Of a stretch of 64,000 nt of DNA, positions 11,445 to 22,269 are shown piece after piece; position 1 is the stretch's first letter, and each line of letters opens with the position of its first letter. This stretch comes from Nitrosopumilus sp. (GTDB lineage: Archaea; Thermoproteota; Nitrososphaeria; Nitrososphaerales; Nitrosopumilaceae). The position numbers were made by a program, and so were the translations under genes. The DNA lies in assembly GCA_965203315.1 (NCBI GenBank), contig OZ241857.1, positions 1,600,001-1,664,000 of the forward strand, given 5' to 3'. The notes under the pieces are model-generated. The model was not told the origin of the DNA. It saw only the letters and a program-made list of their open reading frames with translations, and searched no databases.

Positions 11445-12280
11445 ATGTACAGAGAACAGAAAGTTAAATATTTAGATGTAGTTAGAAGTATCAATAACGT
11501 ATCGAAAAGACTCGATATGTATAACAAAATTAGTTTTGATAACACACTTGGATTTTTAGAAAAATTATTGTCAGTTCAATACAATTTACAAGAACAAAAC
11601 TTATTTCATAAATTAACTACAAGAGAATCAGAAAAAAACATAAGTTCATATGTCAACAAGCTTTTTTCATCTAACATTGAACAAATTTATGCTTCAGTTT
11701 TTTATTGGAGCGTAAATTAATGGAGCCTCCTCTCGCTAATATGAGATCAGTATTTGAATCAATTTCAAAAATGTATTATATTGTATTATTTCCTAAAGAA
11801 ATTGAAAACATATTGGTAAATGAAAAGCTTCGTAATGTTAAATTTGACAAAGTAAAAGAAGAATTAGATCGTATGGATTTAGAATATAAGAAAAAATACA
11901 AATATTTAACATTAAATCAAAACAAATATCGTGATTTTCAAAAAAAGTACACAGCAAGTCAAATTAGAAAAAATCTATACGGTGACCAATTACCTACAAT
12001 ACAAAAGAACTGGGATTTTCTTTGCCATAAGAGTCACGCTAACATAACCGAGTATCCTTATCACATAGCTTTAAATCAAAAAAATGATATTGTGTATTTT
12101 GAATTCCTCGCATGTTTGTTATTTTATAACATAACTGCAAATCTTGAAACAAGTTATGATTTAGAGTATTTTAATCTAATAAGTGAAGAACTTTACAGTA
12201 TAGCTAATCCTAAGTTCATGAGGTTTCACCTGATTCCAGATAAAACCTTTCTAGCTAAAAAACTAAAATTTGTTTGGTAA
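11445..12280 (+). pseudogene. DUF5677/HEPN-like protein split by a frameshift (ORFs 11445-11720 and 11705-12280)
   Basis: MRSVFE...LCHKSHAN motifs; one extra T in the T6 run at 11698-11703 fuses the two ORFs. Confidence 0.55.
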
Positions 12281-12548
12281 CATATAGTGGCTAGATTACT
12301 GTGGTTATGTTTTGACAATCAGTGTATAAAATGCGATCAATTAAGGGTTTGACTAGTGAAATCTAGTGATTATCAAGTAACTTTTGAGGATCTTTTTGGT
12401 TTATGTGAGATGAATGGTTGCAGAAAAAGTACCAGGATTATAAAAGAAAATTATTGAAAAACCTTACGAAACACATCACACATAAACCTAAAAGATCCAC
12501 ATAAAGAGATATAAATATTTAGTTGTATATACATGCAGGTAATCATGA

Positions 12549-13217
12549 ATGAGTGATGTTGGTAATTTGTTTGAAGGGCAGGTCAAGACGATTATGGACA
12601 AAATAAAAAAAGGACATTTTCTTGATCGTAATCTCATAGCAACTGATCTAGTTAGGGCATCAATGATCTTTGAAAGCATAGATGATCAACTAACAAAGTT
12701 TATCGTATTGTTGCTAGGAAATAAAAACAACAAACCCGTATCGTTGATTTGTTTACATCTAGAGATGTATATCTTACACAAGATATTTCCTAAACTGTCA
12801 CTAGAGTTGAGTTACCCAAATCATAATCCGAATAATGATACTGTAACTGTTCGCATAGAATATTTAATAGTTAGAGGGATAGTAAAGTTTGGTGACAAAC
12901 TTGTGCTTACTGACTCTGGGCTCGAAAAATACAGAGAGTATAAAGAAACATCGACTAAAGAGGAACTTGAAGTCACAAAAGATTTCAAAGATCTATTCAA
13001 TGATTTAACCCTTGATGAACTTTGGGCATTAGTATATTTTTCACATCCTGAACTAAAAATTGAACATAACATATATGAGAGAATAACATCAAAACGTAAA
13101 GAACTTGCTTACTCTATGTATCATAAAGATAAATTAACTCTATCGAAAACAGCACAAATAGCAGATAAATATTTGGGAGATGTTATGAATGAATTAGCAT
13201 TAGTAAATCCAAAATAA
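12549..13217 (+). CDS. wHTH protein with C-terminal UPF0175-like domain (antitoxin-like)
   Basis: C-terminus LAYSMYHKDKLTLSKTAQIA resembles UPF0175; central LVLTDSG winged-helix wing. Confidence 0.55.
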   Translation: MSDVGNLFEGQVKTIMDKIKKGHFLDRNLIATDLVRASMIFESIDDQLTKFIVLLLGNKNNKPVSLICLHLEMYILHKIFPKLSLELSYPNHNPNNDTVTVRIEYLIVRGIVKFGDKLVLTDSGLEKYREYKETSTKEELEVTKDFKDLFNDLTLDELWALVYFSHPELKIEHNIYERITSKRKELAYSMYHKDKLTLSKTAQIADKYLGDVMNELALVNPK

Positions 13218-13478
13218 AAATTCTAGATGCGACAATAGTGATAAAATTTTTAGACAAGATGTGACACAAATATAGATTCGCTAAACTGTCTCATTATTAT
13301 GAATTGGTCTATGACAAAATTGTTCCTCAAAAAAACCAACTAACGAGAACACAAGTGATATTACTTTTGTACCGTTAACTCAAAAGTAGTTTTGTATAGT
13401 CACGTTTTATATGTGTGAGCAAAATAGTTTGTCTCTGAATAAAACAATATTGTGATATCAAACATTAGAAATTACTAC

Positions 13479-14135
13479 TCATCTGTGTAACGCACTTGCA
13501 AATTCGTTGATAATCTTTGTCCAACTCTTTGCCTTTATTATCCCACTCGCAACAAGTACTCCACTAGATCCCAATTCTACTGCCTTTGTAACATCATCTC
13601 CTGATACGATTCCTGCTCCACATAGTAGACTAGTCTCCGCGTTGCGTTTTACTGCATCCACTGCCTTGGTGATCAATTCTGGCTTTTCTGTAGATACTGC
13701 TCTTCCTGAGCCTATTAGTTCAGGTGGTTCTATAGCGATATAGTCCGGATTAATCTCTGCATACCTACGTGCCTCACCAACACTACGGACACATACAATT
13801 GAGATCATATTCAATTTACGTAGCTTTGCGACTATGCTGAATATCGTTTTGCTTGGTATGCGTTGTTCACTGTGATTTATGAGCGAGCCTGCAACACGAT
13901 CTTTTTTGAGCAGCTCTGGAACAACATACCCAGTAGTACTGCCAGGTGCAGCATCATCAACATGTTGTGCAAATATTGGAATCGAACTCTGTGCTGCTAT
14001 ATTTAGTAGATGTGTTGGAGGAGCTATCGCAATCTTGACTGAATATCTCTGTGATATCTTTGTAGATATCTTTACCAGTCGGCTTAGGCTGGTTGCAGTG
14101 ATCTCTGCATAATTTTTACAGTTTATTATGATCAT
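13479..14135 (-). CDS. tpiA: Triosephosphate isomerase (archaeal type)
   Basis: IINCKNY, INHSE, IEPPELIGSG, CGAGI, GVLVASG. Confidence 0.96.
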   Translation of the reverse strand: MIIINCKNYAEITATSLSRLVKISTKISQRYSVKIAIAPPTHLLNIAAQSSIPIFAQHVDDAAPGSTTGYVVPELLKKDRVAGSLINHSEQRIPSKTIFSIVAKLRKLNMISIVCVRSVGEARRYAEINPDYIAIEPPELIGSGRAVSTEKPELITKAVDAVKRNAETSLLCGAGIVSGDDVTKAVELGSSGVLVASGIIKAKSWTKIINEFASALHR

Positions 14136-14413
14136 TTCTCTTTAAACTATAATCACAGATATTTAATCTTTGACTAGTACGTGTCTAGACTTACTCATGT
14201 GGCTCTTAACTTAGCTGGTAGGGAAAAGAGAGAAATCGATAGTTTTCACGCTACATTCCTTAAATTTTGCAAGTTATGAAAAATGGTTAGATCAACTATT
14301 GGAGATTGTCACTGTCAAGTTGCATACTAGGCGTTTCTTGAAATAACTGCATCTTAATCTTGACCTCTAGATAAGTTAAAAGAACCATAAATACAACTAC
14401 GGTAAAACAGTCT

Positions 14414-15154
14414 ATGGATATAGACAAAATTACAATTGATGATTTTGTGATGCTTGGAAATGCAGAGCCTGACAGGACTAGTGATAATAGAGTTACAGTT
14501 TGCACAGCAGGATATTCTAAGAAACATGGCCTAGTGCGCATCTACCCCGTTCCCTCTGATGCAAACATACACCGGTGGGATATCTCGGAAATTCAACTAG
14601 AAAGAAATCCTCAAGATACACGAAACGAAAGTTGGAAGATTCAAGGTTCAAAATCAGAATGGAATAAAATAAAATCTAAAATTAACGTACATGGAAAACT
14701 TAAAAAACAAGAGCAGGTACAATTACTGTCTCAATTATACAAAGAATTTGGCGTTGATTGTGTTCTAGATCTCAATGATCAAAGACGAAGTCTAGGATTT
14801 ATCAAACCAACTGATATGCAACATAGATTTGAAAAAAGGAAGCATCGAGACATGGGTATTCAAACCACGTTGTTTTCAAACAAACCATTTCTTACCATAA
14901 ATGACTATGACTTTCAACCTAGAATGAATTATCGTTGCGTTAACTGTAAAGCGAAACAATCACATGATCAACAAATATTAGAGTGGGGCGTTTATGAGTG
15001 GATGAGAAAAAATCCAGATAATATGGATCAGGTCTGGAAGAATTTGCATCTTGATGAGTCAGGATATGATATAACATTTCTTGTAGGTAATCTATTTCGC
15101 TACAAGAATTCTTTTGTGATTATCAGCATATTCAGACCTAAAATCAACAAATAA
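14414..15154 (+). CDS. Hypothetical protein, dual-OB-like family
   Basis: VTVCTAG...LVRIYPVP...DTRNESW, plus a CxxC-H site (CVNC...SHD). Confidence 0.55.
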   Translation: MDIDKITIDDFVMLGNAEPDRTSDNRVTVCTAGYSKKHGLVRIYPVPSDANIHRWDISEIQLERNPQDTRNESWKIQGSKSEWNKIKSKINVHGKLKKQEQVQLLSQLYKEFGVDCVLDLNDQRRSLGFIKPTDMQHRFEKRKHRDMGIQTTLFSNKPFLTINDYDFQPRMNYRCVNCKAKQSHDQQILEWGVYEWMRKNPDNMDQVWKNLHLDESGYDITFLVGNLFRYKNSFVIISIFRPKINK

Positions 15155-15496
15155 CAGATCTGGATCGTCTATGATATCTCGTAATAGATGACGGTGACAC
15201 GGTATACCGTCAGGTTCGTAGCACAATAGCGTGATGTTTCTCTTGTTTGAATGTAATTTGTTAATTATATGTAGACTAGTATCATTTTGTAATTCATGTT
15301 TGAATTTTACAACAAATTCATTCCACTCGATATTATTATTCTTATATCTTTGTAATAGATCTGCACTAGGAGCTAGATCTCTGATCCACTTGTCAAAATG
15401 ATCCTTCTTTACACCTCTCGGATAAAACCTAGTGATTAAAATTCTAGTTCCATCTCCATACTGCTTTGGTTTGTAGATGCTTTTAGTCTTTATCAT
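15092..15496 (-). CDS. DUF488 (YeaO-like) protein
   Basis: DGTRILITRFYPRGVKK...WIRDLAPSADL...TLLCYE...CHRHLL. Confidence 0.88.
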   Translation of the reverse strand: MIKTKSIYKPKQYGDGTRILITRFYPRGVKKDHFDKWIRDLAPSADLLQRYKNNNIEWNEFVVKFKHELQNDTSLHIINKLHSNKRNITLLCYEPDGIPCHRHLLRDIIDDPDLLFVDFRSEYADNHKRILVAK

Positions 15497-15691
15497 TACT
15501 TTACGATTTTTAGAGTATGATTTAATTTATGATGCTCAAAAACTATATCAAATTTGGTTAAAAGTTGTTATCCAAATCATACCAGAAAATCATCTGCCAT
15601 ATCATTAAGGTTCTGTTCAATTGACGGGGGTTGGCATTTTCTGCACAAAATTCTCGAAACTTTGCAAAATATGGAAGCGGTCTCAATTCTT

Positions 15692-16348
15692 TTAACTTAT
15701 CGAAGGCTGTATATTGTAAGCAAAATCTCTAAAGTTCGTCGGCGTAACAACGCCTGCCAATTCTCCGTCATCCAGTACTATTAGACGACGAATCTTGTTA
15801 CTCTTCATAATCTCTATCGCCTCGCTTATAGGCGTATTTGGTCCAACCCAGATAAAGTCCTTTGTCATTATAGAGTCTAATGGAATGTCGGCCACAGCTA
15901 TACTGTCTGATACAACTCCAACAATATCTCGTTCTGTGATCAGTCCTGCCGGTCTAGTGTCTTGTATGATGACCAAAAAACTGATCTTCTTCTCTTGTAG
16001 TATACGTGCAGCGTCAAGTAATGTCTGTTCTATGTTTATGGTTACTACATTACGTTGCATGATGTGCTTGATCTGTGTAGGGTACATTCGATCGTATCTA
16101 CGTTTCATGCTCAAAACAGCTCCCATCAAGATCATTGCGGCGACATTAGTCCCAATGATGTAGATATCCATCACTATTACGCCATAGATCAACCACAATG
16201 TTGCACCAGCCAGTATGAATATCATCAAAAACTTTGATACGTCTCGTAGATTCTTTGTCTTGTATCCTCTGTACAGTTGAGCAACCCAGCCTGTTAGGAT
16301 CAGTATTCCTGCTACGACTCCTAATAGTATAAAGAGAATATCTTCCAT
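15692..16348 (-). CDS. SemiSWEET/PQ-loop membrane domain fused to a CBS pair
   Basis: Three-TM N-terminus (AQLYRGYKTKNLRDVS...LWLIYG...IGTN) followed by two CBS motifs (GLITERD; IRRLIV...GVVT). Confidence 0.75.
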   Translation of the reverse strand: MEDILFILLGVVAGILILTGWVAQLYRGYKTKNLRDVSKFLMIFILAGATLWLIYGVIVMDIYIIGTNVAAMILMGAVLSMKRRYDRMYPTQIKHIMQRNVVTINIEQTLLDAARILQEKKISFLVIIQDTRPAGLITERDIVGVVSDSIAVADIPLDSIMTKDFIWVGPNTPISEAIEIMKSNKIRRLIVLDDGELAGVVTPTNFRDFAYNIQPSIS

Positions 16349-16352
16349 TGTA

Positions 16353-18881
16353 TCATTTCCAAAAGAACTCGTCTAGACCCGTCTGTTTCGGCTTACCCAG
16401 TATGTCATCAAAGTTGAGATCCATAGATGACGTGATTTGTTCCAAGGTCGATTCTACCACTTCGAGATATTTTTTAGTATCGATCTCATCTTTACGGGCA
16501 TTCTCGAGTGGTTTGACACCAATCTTTCCAATCGTCTTGACATACGCTATACGATCACCACGTTTTAACTCTCTGGATTGAATCTGTCTTGCAGCTTTGA
16601 TATGTTGTGGCATAGTCTTTGTATACTCTTCTGGTGATTTGCTGAGCATTACATTGAATATAAGATCTTTTAATGGAATCTCTCGTGACTCTAATCTCTC
16701 TACATAATGTGCAATCTTTTCAGATATGGACTGTTTTGCACGCACAAAGTCATCGGGAGTCTTTACATTCGATAAAATATTCAATATCTCTTCAAATAGC
16801 TGTTTGATGAAGGGTGGCGTATGTGACTTTTTTCCTGTCAGACCTTTGACATCTACCTTGCCTGACTCTTTAACTCCTAGATAGTTCTTTTTTCTATTAC
16901 TGAGAACACAATATCTGTATACCTTGTCTATCTCTAGATCAACTCCATGATCTTGTTTTGCTTGTTCGATTACCCATTTGATCTGTTCTTTGGTGGGATC
17001 TTTGATGAATAGCGAATCTGTATCTCCGTAGAGCACTTGGATTCCTGACTCTTCACACTTTTTTATGGTCTCGAGAATTGTATGTCGACCTATCGCAGTA
17101 GTAGATTCTGCAGCTGGAAGAAAGTATAGTGGAAATATATCTGCGCCCATCACACCATAACTAGCGTTCAAGATCACTTTTAGTGCCTGACTTACCACTT
17201 CATACTGTTGCCTCTGTTCGTCGGTCAACGTCTCCTTTCTAGACAAGCTCTTGTAATAGTTGACACGAAGGTCACGTAGAGAACCGATTATCATGGATGT
17301 TATGCCATTCTTCTTTATACATGCCCAATGATTTGTTTGTGGTATGGTGTTCTTTTTACATTCCATATGTGGACAACGTACTGTCTCATATGACAAGTTC
17401 TTGACCTTGATTATACTGGGGTATAGACTAGCAAAATCCATGACTATTACATTAAAGTGAACACCTTCTTTTGGATCTATGACCAATCCTCCTCGATACT
17501 TTTTGTGTTTGCTTATTGCATCGGCGGTAACCTGTTCTGATCTCTCTTCCAACTCGTCTCTCCTTGGAATTACATAACCACGTCGCCTGTGTTCATAGTA
17601 CAATAGACTTCGAATCCATTGTGACACACCCATCCTCGCGATATCGTCTATTGGCATTCTGCCTATACGTGCCACAATAACTAGAATATTCATCAAGAGA
17701 TCCTCATTTGCACTAGTCAACTCATATGTTAACAGAGCATCATTGTAACAATAGTTTGCTGTCTGGTATAACGTCAACTCGTCAAGATTTAATCCATAAT
17801 CGATCTTTTGTTTACCTAGTAGTGCCTTTGAGACACTGTTTAGTGAATAATCTGTATACTTTTGACTGAACACATAGATTTGAAAGGAGCGATTTGAGAA
17901 TGTACGGTATAGATCAATATGTACTCCATGTTTGAGAGTTGCCGCATCTCTCATCATGTATAGTGGATTCGCTGATTTGTCTATGCGTAGTACCTCTGCT
18001 CTATTGTACAAGTACGGTAGGTCAAACTCGTCTCCGTTATACGTTATCAAAAATGGATACTCTTTAATTATTTTAAAAGCATCTAGTATCATCTGATCTT
18101 CTTTATCTTCGTCATAAAAAGAGACTTTTACTGACTCTTCCAACTCGTTCACTCCTTGTTGTGTATCTCTGGTGCGCAGCACCAATATCTGATCCCTGTC
18201 ATCTGATCCTTTGAGTCCTATGGCTGTTACTCGCTGCTGTGCAAGTTTGGCATCTGGTAGCCTACCCTCCGTCTCTACCTCTATGTCTATACTCAATCTC
18301 TGTATCTTCGGTATAGGTTGGTTTAGTAGATCGGCCCATTCTGATATGAATCTCTTGAACTCTTCTGCATCGACCATACTCTTGCTATCCACTTTGTCCC
18401 AAAGCAGACTCTTTAGAGCAAGTGTAACCTCATCTGATACTGGCATCTCGTATGATTTTATGGCGCTATCCTGAATTGTATAGTATCGTCCAATGATCAA
18501 CTCTTTGTCGTATAGATAGTTCTCGTAATACTTGATATCGGACTCCCATGTATAGATTGTATTGCGAATGCTTTGATCTGTACCGCCAATCACAAGTGGA
18601 TCAGCTGCAACAATCTTTGTCATTGTGATATAGTCGTCTTGAATCAAACTGTAACGTTTTATTTGAGAGATGTCCAAGATATCATCTCGTCCTTGTAACA
18701 TGCCAAGTTCATCAGGTGCAAGCTTTGAGTAACAGTAGGGCTTGTGGTTAGTGTTATCTTGCCATAGTATGATCTTTTGTGACTCTGGCTCATAAAACTT
18801 TAACACTACAGACTTTGTGGTGTTGTTGTATGTCGCAGATACCAACAATGCAGGTGGCATTGTATCTACTGGTTCACTCAT
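16353..18881 (-). CDS. polB: Family B DNA polymerase
   Basis: DIEV, YNGDEFD, DFASLYPSII, KVILNASYG, YGDTDS; C-terminal PIP box QTGLDEFF. Confidence 0.97.
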   Translation of the reverse strand: MSEPVDTMPPALLVSATYNNTTKSVVLKFYEPESQKIILWQDNTNHKPYCYSKLAPDELGMLQGRDDILDISQIKRYSLIQDDYITMTKIVAADPLVIGGTDQSIRNTIYTWESDIKYYENYLYDKELIIGRYYTIQDSAIKSYEMPVSDEVTLALKSLLWDKVDSKSMVDAEEFKRFISEWADLLNQPIPKIQRLSIDIEVETEGRLPDAKLAQQRVTAIGLKGSDDRDQILVLRTRDTQQGVNELEESVKVSFYDEDKEDQMILDAFKIIKEYPFLITYNGDEFDLPYLYNRAEVLRIDKSANPLYMMRDAATLKHGVHIDLYRTFSNRSFQIYVFSQKYTDYSLNSVSKALLGKQKIDYGLNLDELTLYQTANYCYNDALLTYELTSANEDLLMNILVIVARIGRMPIDDIARMGVSQWIRSLLYYEHRRRGYVIPRRDELEERSEQVTADAISKHKKYRGGLVIDPKEGVHFNVIVMDFASLYPSIIKVKNLSYETVRCPHMECKKNTIPQTNHWACIKKNGITSMIIGSLRDLRVNYYKSLSRKETLTDEQRQQYEVVSQALKVILNASYGVMGADIFPLYFLPAAESTTAIGRHTILETIKKCEESGIQVLYGDTDSLFIKDPTKEQIKWVIEQAKQDHGVDLEIDKVYRYCVLSNRKKNYLGVKESGKVDVKGLTGKKSHTPPFIKQLFEEILNILSNVKTPDDFVRAKQSISEKIAHYVERLESREIPLKDLIFNVMLSKSPEEYTKTMPQHIKAARQIQSRELKRGDRIAYVKTIGKIGVKPLENARKDEIDTKKYLEVVESTLEQITSSMDLNFDDILGKPKQTGLDEFFWK

Positions 18882-19405
18882 ACCGTCTCATGCTCGTATT
18901 GGTCTAGTAATATTTTTGCCCACTTTGCAATCTTGTTCTGGTCCATCTTGGTAACCTGAACATTTGCTGCCGTTAACAGTTCGTCTACTGATTCGGGATA
19001 TGAGTTTATACATACAAATCGCTTAATTCCAACCGTGATTGCCATCTTTGTACATTCCAAACACGGTACAAATGTGGTGTACAATGTAGCATCTCTCGTC
19101 CCTGCCTCTATTCCAAATATTGCACAATGCATTATCGCATTGGCTTCTGCATGACTACACAGACAACGATCTAGTGACTGACCTGCATCTATCTTGCCTT
19201 CCATTCTCAACTGACATCTTGTACATCCTCCATCAAAGCAGTTCTTGATTCCAGGCGGCGTCCCGTTGTATCCGGTTGCAATCTGCCTGTTATTTTGAAC
19301 TATTACTGCACCAACCTTTCTAGTTATACAATTTGATCGTAGCTTTGCTAGTTCTGCCTGTAACATAAAGTATTCATCCCAATTTGGTCGTTCAAAATTA
19401 TACAT
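18878..19405 (-). CDS. dCMP deaminase (ComEB-like)
   Basis: GYNGTP, HAEANAI, PCLEC. Confidence 0.92.
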   Translation of the reverse strand: MYNFERPNWDEYFMLQAELAKLRSNCITRKVGAVIVQNNRQIATGYNGTPPGIKNCFDGGCTRCQLRMEGKIDAGQSLDRCLCSHAEANAIMHCAIFGIEAGTRDATLYTTFVPCLECTKMAITVGIKRFVCINSYPESVDELLTAANVQVTKMDQNKIAKWAKILLDQYEHETV

Positions 19406-19692
19406 ACCTATTGCCTACGATTCTATGATATATTTATTCAGTTATATTCTGGACCAGTGTTTGCTATATGTCAATTAATTTTAAGAGTCTATGCAAAAGT
19501 CATTTTTAGACACATGATGTGTAAGTTCTTTTACTTGGAGGTAGAAAATTGAAGCGTTTGGTAACAAATCTCCAAACGACTCTTGTATTAAAATATAAAA
19601 AATGCAACTGTACTATAAACACAGATCACCACAACGTCCTTCGAACCAACATACTAGAAAAAACACTCACAATATAGCTATCTGTAAAGGAA

Positions 19693-21258
19693 CTACAAGA
19701 ACGCGTCGATTCCAGATTGATCTTTGTCTCGAGATTTGGTCTGACTATCTGTCAACTCTGTCATGATCTCTTGATTTCCTGCTGACTCTATTTGATTCTC
19801 CTCCAAGACTTTGGTTATCTTGCTACCCATTGATCTTGCCGCCTTTATCTTTCTACGACCGATCCAATAATATCGTTCATCGATGGTGTCGTTTGCGATC
19901 AATACTGTAAGCTTACCAACACCTTTACGACCTGTCCTTCCTCGCCTTTGCACAAAACGGATCGAACTCGGAACATTATCATAAAATATCACTTGATTTA
20001 CTTCTGCAATATCGAGTCCTTCCTCACCAACTCGAGTTGCGATCAGCACACGAAACTCTCCATCGCGAAATTTCTGAACCGTCTCAACTTGTTTCTTTTG
20101 TTTAAGACCTGTCTCACCTGCCTTGCCGATCAAGATACCTGCAGATATGTCCATCTTGACAAGATGTTGATATATCATATCTACAGAGTCCCTATAACTG
20201 GTAAATACCAAGGTCTTGCCTGGTATCGTCTCTATCAGTTGTTTCAGTTTTGGAAGCTTTGAATGCTCAATTCCTAGAGATTGCGCAGATCTTGCAAGAT
20301 GAATAGCTTTGGTAAAGTTTGGATCTATTTCAAATAACTCTTTGACTCCTGCACCTTTCTTCTTTGCTCCACGTTCACAATATTTGAGAAACGGTGTAAT
20401 GCCATGAGCTTCTAGTATATTTAGAGCATAATGTATTCTAATTGCAGTAAACAATGGTTTGGCAGAACGTCTATCCTGATTTAGAACAAACTGTCTAATC
20501 TTCAAGAGTCCAGATAATGACTGTTGACTGAGTCCTTTAATGCCGTTTCCTCTGAGTGTATCGTATCGTTGGTTTAGCGCAGCTTTGATTGCGTTCTGGA
20601 TCTTTTTTAGTTCAAGAGGTAAATCAACTCGAACCCACTCTGTATTGGTCACTTGAGTGTATGGTTTTACATCCGGACTCTCTTCTGTGCGTTCAGCAAC
20701 AGATGCTATTCGCAATCTAGTAATGATCTCTGTTGCTTTCTCTCTATCACTAGGGAGCGTTGCAGTCATGCCAATCAGTCGTGTATTAGAGCTTGAAAAG
20801 ACATCAGCTATTCCAGAATATGCATAGTCGCCAACAGTTCGATGGACTTCATCAAAGATCACAAGAGAGAACTGATCTGGAGAGACGATTCCTCTAGCTA
20901 GATCATTTCGAGTTATCTCTGGAGTCGCGCAGATGATACTATTGATCCACATCTTGGCTCGCTTTTTTACTAGATCTTCACCCGTTATGAGTGCAATATC
21001 ATCTATCAAGAGATTTGCCTTTAGAAACTCATAGTGTTGATTTACAAGTACGCGAGTTGGAGCAAGAAACAAGACCCCCCCACTTCTCTTTGCCAAATAT
21101 TCTGCCACAACTTGCAGTGCTATCGCCGTCTTGCCTAATCCTGTAGGTAGTACAACTATACAATTTTCGTCTGCTGCTTGACGTGCCAGATTAACTTGAT
21201 ATTCTCTCTTTTCTATAGCATTTTGTCGTACATACTTTTGTTCTATATATTGAGTCAA
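19693..21258 (-). CDS. Hef/FANCM-like SF2 helicase (helicase part only)
   Basis: LPTGLGKT, DEVH, TAT, GEEGLDI, QRRGRTGR. Confidence 0.92.
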   Translation of the reverse strand: MTQYIEQKYVRQNAIEKREYQVNLARQAADENCIVVLPTGLGKTAIALQVVAEYLAKRSGGVLFLAPTRVLVNQHYEFLKANLLIDDIALITGEDLVKKRAKMWINSIICATPEITRNDLARGIVSPDQFSLVIFDEVHRTVGDYAYSGIADVFSSSNTRLIGMTATLPSDREKATEIITRLRIASVAERTEESPDVKPYTQVTNTEWVRVDLPLELKKIQNAIKAALNQRYDTLRGNGIKGLSQQSLSGLLKIRQFVLNQDRRSAKPLFTAIRIHYALNILEAHGITPFLKYCERGAKKKGAGVKELFEIDPNFTKAIHLARSAQSLGIEHSKLPKLKQLIETIPGKTLVFTSYRDSVDMIYQHLVKMDISAGILIGKAGETGLKQKKQVETVQKFRDGEFRVLIATRVGEEGLDIAEVNQVIFYDNVPSSIRFVQRRGRTGRKGVGKLTVLIANDTIDERYYWIGRRKIKAARSMGSKITKVLEENQIESAGNQEIMTELTDSQTKSRDKDQSGIDAFL

Positions 21259-21579
21259 ATTTAAAAATTGTATTCAAGTAGATGATTTTATAGTTTCGAT
21301 CTACATGCATATCTTGTATAGTTAGGCGTGCTACAGATCTAATATGTCAAGTCCTTGACTCTTAACTTGAGGACTGGTAACATTGTTCGTAAATATCTGA
21401 AAATTCCTGAAGCGCTAATGTGTTCATGTCAAATACTAGATCGTTTGATTCGTAAATGGATGCTTTTGTGCTTTGTTGTAGGTTCGACACCCAACTTAAC
21501 CGCCCATACATCATGTGTATAAAAACGACTTTTGCATAGATTCCTATGTTTATATATGTGGAGTTTAATAGTTAGCGGT

Positions 21580-22269
21580 ATGATGAGATTGACATATGTG
21601 ATGTTAATTTTATTTGTAATTTCATCTATACCGTATATATCAGTAGCACATGCCGAGTCTTTTACAATTCCAAATTGGATTGATGAATTAATCGGGTATT
21701 GGCAAGATGGCAGCATAACACACGATCAATTTATTCGTGCAGTACAATACTTGGTTGATTCTGGATACATCTATATGGTGAGCGATGATGGTAACATGAT
21801 GGATACGACAGTAACTAGTGATCTAATTCAAGATTTAAAGAGTTTAGTAAATGATGAAATTAACGACATGAAAGATACTATGGATGATGAGATGTATGAA
21901 TGTAGGGGCATTGTTGAGTGTTTTAGCGGTACTGTGGGAGGATATCCAGAAGCAGATATTATCAGGATCGGTAACGAATTGGTAATAACTTCAATTGCTA
22001 CAACTTTTAAATCATATGAGTCCGGTAGCGATGAAGCTAAAGAGTACATGAATAGTCTTTGTCCTATTGGTTCAAAAGCATTCGTTGACGTAGACGAAGC
22101 AAAAATAGGTACTGTATCAGGTTATGTGTTGGGGCTGGTATATTGTAATGGCTATAACCTAAACGATGAATTGGCCAAAAGTGAACACGGGTTTATCTTG
22201 GAAGCATATTGTCATTCTGAGTTTAGTCAAGATGAATGGGCAATCCGCAATGGTTGCCCAGTCAATTAA
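21580..22269 (+). CDS. Secreted protein with thaumarchaeal IPxWI motif and a degenerate thermonuclease (SNase)-like domain
   Basis: Signal peptide ending AHA; IPNWIDELIGYWQDGSI; CFSG...EAKEYMNSLCPIGS...VYCNGYNLNDEL...SEF...WA...GC. Confidence 0.6.
   Translation: MMRLTYVMLILFVISSIPYISVAHAESFTIPNWIDELIGYWQDGSITHDQFIRAVQYLVDSGYIYMVSDDGNMMDTTVTSDLIQDLKSLVNDEINDMKDTMDDEMYECRGIVECFSGTVGGYPEADIIRIGNELVITSIATTFKSYESGSDEAKEYMNSLCPIGSKAFVDVDEAKIGTVSGYVLGLVYCNGYNLNDELAKSEHGFILEAYCHSEFSQDEWAIRNGCPVN

Noticed and set aside
21470-21510. GTAGGTTCGACACCCAAC resembles a tRNA T-arm
   Set aside because: The stem pairs poorly and no D-arm, anticodon arm or acceptor stem can be built.
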